A DNA stretch of 64,000 nt from Eledone cirrhosa (lineage: Eukaryota), in NCBI GenBank assembly GCA_964016885.1, contig OZ024749.1, positions 1,116,001-1,180,000 on the forward strand, given 5' to 3'. This document shows, piece after piece, positions 61,269-64,000 of the stretch. The notes beneath the pieces are model-generated. The model saw only the letters and a list, made by a program, of their open reading frames with translations. It made no database searches and was not told the origin of the DNA. A program made the translations under genes and the position numbers. The stretch's first letter is position 1. Every line of letters starts with the position of its first letter.

Positions 61269-64000
61269 ATGAATCTGCGAGCTACCAAGCACCCACGTGA
61301 AGCGCCAACCCAGAGACCCTCCCCTACGAGTGTCGACAAATGCCCAAAACTCCGAGTTGGTACCATCAATGTAGGCTCAATGAAAGGAAGAGCAGGAGAA
61401 ATCGTAGAAATGCTAGAGCGAAAGGAAGTTGATGTATGCTGTGTGCAAGAGACTAGATGGAGAGGAGGGTCTGCTAGACTCCTTGTAGGAAAAAGCCAGT
61501 GCTACAAATTTTTCTGGGTGGGAAATGACGATGGGATGGGTGGTGTAGGTATACTATTAGCTGACAAGTGGGTAGATAAAGTAATCTCAGTGTACAGGGT
61601 AAATGCAAGAATCATTAAACTCAGACTAGTCCTGAATAAGACAATTACCACAATAATATCAGCTTACGCACCCCAATTGGGGCTGCCAGACGAACTTAAG
61701 GATAGGTTTTACGAGTCCCTAATACACACTACTGCTCTAACAGACGACAAGGACTTCCTAATCATTGCAGGAGATTTTAACGGACACGTAGGTAAACACT
61801 GCGACGGCTTCAATAGAGTACATGGAGGCCATGGAGTTGGCACAAGGAATGAGGAAGGATTCAGGCTTCTAGAATTCTGCGACGCCAATGACATGTCGAT
61901 ATGTAACACAAACTTTAAAAAACCCGACAACCACCTGATCACCTATAGATCAGGGGAGCACTCTAGTCAGTTAGATTTTATCCTCATCAGAGGACGTGAC
62001 AGATGGACGGTCGTAAACACAAAAGCCTTCCCTAGTGAGGAATGTACATCCCAACATAGCTTAGTTGTCAGCGACCTCACGGTCAGAACTAGACGAGCCC
62101 TGAAACAGAGGCCAACCTGGAGAAGAAAGATCTGGAAGCTGAAAGTCCCCTCAACCAGTAACAGATTTAAAGATATTTTACTCAACGCCTACGACAGTAA
62201 AGAAGAACAGATAGAGACATTTAACGTAGAAGAGAACTGGGAGTTCCTAAAAAATAACTTACTAGAGGCGACGGATGAGGTTTGTGGCTGGAGTAAGACC
62301 TCAAGCAGGAGGAGAGTGACTTGGTGGTGGAACAATAAGGTAGATGAAGCAGTCAAGGCCAAGAGACAGGCATGGAAAGAATGGAAGAACGGGGGGAGCA
62401 GGGTACATTACATAGAGACCAAGAGGGAAGCTAGGCGACAAGTATACTTAGCTAGGAGGGAAGCAGAGGATAGAAAATTCAAGCATGTTTTACAACGTGA
62501 GGACCAGAAACAGGAGGTATTCAAGATTGCGAGGCAGTGTGTCAGAGATAGTTGTGATGTCATTGGAGAGAAGTGTATCCGGAATGATAAAGGTGAGCTT
62601 GCCCTCACAAGTGCTGAGAAGAAAGATGCATGGAAGAGTCATTATGATAGATTACTAAATGAGGAGAATGCATGGGAAGAAGAGACCCTACCCCACGTAG
62701 ACCCTATAGAGGGACCAGCAGTACAAGTCAGCGGCAGCGTAGTAAGTAAGGCAATCAGAGATATGAAGATAGGGAAGGCAACCGGTCCATCGGGTATAGC
62801 TGCCGAGATGCTGAAGGCATCTGGGTCTGTAGGTCACACTATAACCACACGTATCGTTAACCAGGTAATACTAGAGGGGGCCATACCAAAAGATTGGTGC
62901 AGTAGCATCATTGTCAACTGCTACAAAGGTAAAGGCGATGCACTAGATAGAGGAAACTATAGAGGTATAAAGTTGATGGACCAGGTCATGAAAGTAACAG
63001 AAAGAGTTATAGCACAGCTGATTAGGGACCGGGTGAATATAGACGAGATGCAATTTGGGTTTGTACCAGGGAAAGGCACCACTGATGCCCTCTTCCTTGT
63101 GAGGCAATTACAGGAAAAGTACCTAGCTAAAAGTAAGCCACTCTACTTGGCATTTGTCGACCTTGAGAAAGCCTTTGACAGAGTTCCACGTGCAGTAATC
63201 TGGTGGGCTCTTAGAAAACTAGGAGTAGATGAATGGCTTGTGAAAGCGGTACAAGCCATGTATAGGGGAGCAGTCAGCAAAGTTAGGATTGGCAATGAGT
63301 ATAGCGAGGAATTTAGCGTACAGGTTGGGGTCCACCAGGGCTCTGTTCTTAGCCCTCTCCTGTTCATCATAGTCCTGCAGGCAATAACGGAGGAGTTTAA
63401 GACCGGATGCCCATGGGAACTCCTGTATGCTGATGACCTCGCACTCATAGCTGAATCTATGGTAGAACTAGAGAATAAATTCCAAACCTGGAAGCAGGGA
63501 CTAGAGAGAAAGGGCCTCAAAGTCAACATGACAAAGACTAAGGTCCTTATAAGTAGACGAGAAAACAGAACCCAGATCCCCTCAGGGAAATGGCCTTGCT
63601 CAGTATGTAGGAAAGGTGTAGGTAGGAACTCCATTCTTTGCCCCAAATGCAAACAATGGGTACACAAGAGATGTAGCGGGATCTCAGGAAGCTTAATTAA
63701 GAATGTAGGATTCACATGCAGCAGCTGTGCTGAAACAGCAAGCAAACAGCCACAGGAAACAAGTACCACCAATCTCTGGGAGGGCCCTGTAGAAACAGTA
63801 GACAGCTTCTGCTACCTAGGTGACCGAATTAGCAACGGAGGTGGGTGCTCAGAAAGTACAATAACTAGGGTAAGAACGGGATGGAAGAAGTTTAGGGAAC
63901 TACTACCACTGCTAGCTGCAAAAGGCTTCTCCCTCAGAATGAAAGGCAGACTGTATGATGCGTGTATCCGAACAGCGATGTTGCATGGTAGTGAGACCTG
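61269..64000 (+). CDS. RTE-clade LINE ORF (APE endonuclease, reverse transcriptase, internal PHD-type finger), at least 910 codons, runs off the window end
   Basis: Manual translation from ATG 61269 (in-frame TGA at 61263) found no stop. Motifs in order: GTINVGS, VQETRW, SAYAPQ, GDFNGH, LDFIL, SQHSLV, GNYRGIKL, QFGF, FVDLEKAFD, VHQGSVLSPLLF, YADD (63426), GLKVN..KT, FCYLG. Absent from the ORF track because no stop codon lies in the window. Confidence 0.95.
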   Translation, partial: MNLRATKHPREAPTQRPSPTSVDKCPKLRVGTINVGSMKGRAGEIVEMLERKEVDVCCVQETRWRGGSARLLVGKSQCYKFFWVGNDDGMGGVGILLADKWVDKVISVYRVNARIIKLRLVLNKTITTIISAYAPQLGLPDELKDRFYESLIHTTALTDDKDFLIIAGDFNGHVGKHCDGFNRVHGGHGVGTRNEEGFRLLEFCDANDMSICNTNFKKPDNHLITYRSGEHSSQLDFILIRGRDRWTVVNTKAFPSEECTSQHSLVVSDLTVRTRRALKQRPTWRRKIWKLKVPSTSNRFKDILLNAYDSKEEQIETFNVEENWEFLKNNLLEATDEVCGWSKTSSRRRVTWWWNNKVDEAVKAKRQAWKEWKNGGSRVHYIETKREARRQVYLARREAEDRKFKHVLQREDQKQEVFKIARQCVRDSCDVIGEKCIRNDKGELALTSAEKKDAWKSHYDRLLNEENAWEEETLPHVDPIEGPAVQVSGSVVSKAIRDMKIGKATGPSGIAAEMLKASGSVGHTITTRIVNQVILEGAIPKDWCSSIIVNCYKGKGDALDRGNYRGIKLMDQVMKVTERVIAQLIRDRVNIDEMQFGFVPGKGTTDALFLVRQLQEKYLAKSKPLYLAFVDLEKAFDRVPRAVIWWALRKLGVDEWLVKAVQAMYRGAVSKVRIGNEYSEEFSVQVGVHQGSVLSPLLFIIVLQAITEEFKTGCPWELLYADDLALIAESMVELENKFQTWKQGLERKGLKVNMTKTKVLISRRENRTQIPSGKWPCSVCRKGVGRNSILCPKCKQWVHKRCSGISGSLIKNVGFTCSSCAETASKQPQETSTTNLWEGPVETVDSFCYLGDRISNGGGCSESTITRVRTGWKKFRELLPLLAAKGFSLRMKGRLYDACIRTAMLHGSET

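Noticed and set aside
63143-63772. 209-aa antisense ORF as a separate gene
   Set aside because: It is a shadow frame of the RT ORF; similar antisense ORFs occur over other RTE copies and show no domain features.

Overview
AT-rich animal genomic DNA made almost entirely of repeats. It is most likely an octopus or other coleoid cephalopod; this is inferred from the tRNA-derived SINE families and RTE LINEs and was not checked against a database. I found no recognisable host protein-coding gene, rRNA, true tRNA or CRISPR array, and most ORF-track entries are artefacts of microsatellites and minisatellites. Contents: (1) about 12 unrelated tandem arrays, including a 3.7 kb 30-bp satellite at the start; (2) at least four RTE-clade LINE families, one copy of which has an uninterrupted EN-RT ORF of at least 910 codons from 61269 off the window end, missed by the ORF track, with a C4HC3 PHD-type finger inside the RT domain; (3) an internally deleted L1/Tx1 element; (4) many SINEs that share heads and cores and borrow RTE 5' UTR and 3' tail sequence; (5) non-autonomous Helitrons, two forming a palindrome; (6) piggyBac, hAT and Tigger MITEs and a decayed Tc1/mariner transposase; (7) a degenerate Penelope-type hammerhead motif; (8) weak minus-strand splice and poly(A) signals suggesting part of the window is intronic. 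A 200-N gap lies at 11481-11680.
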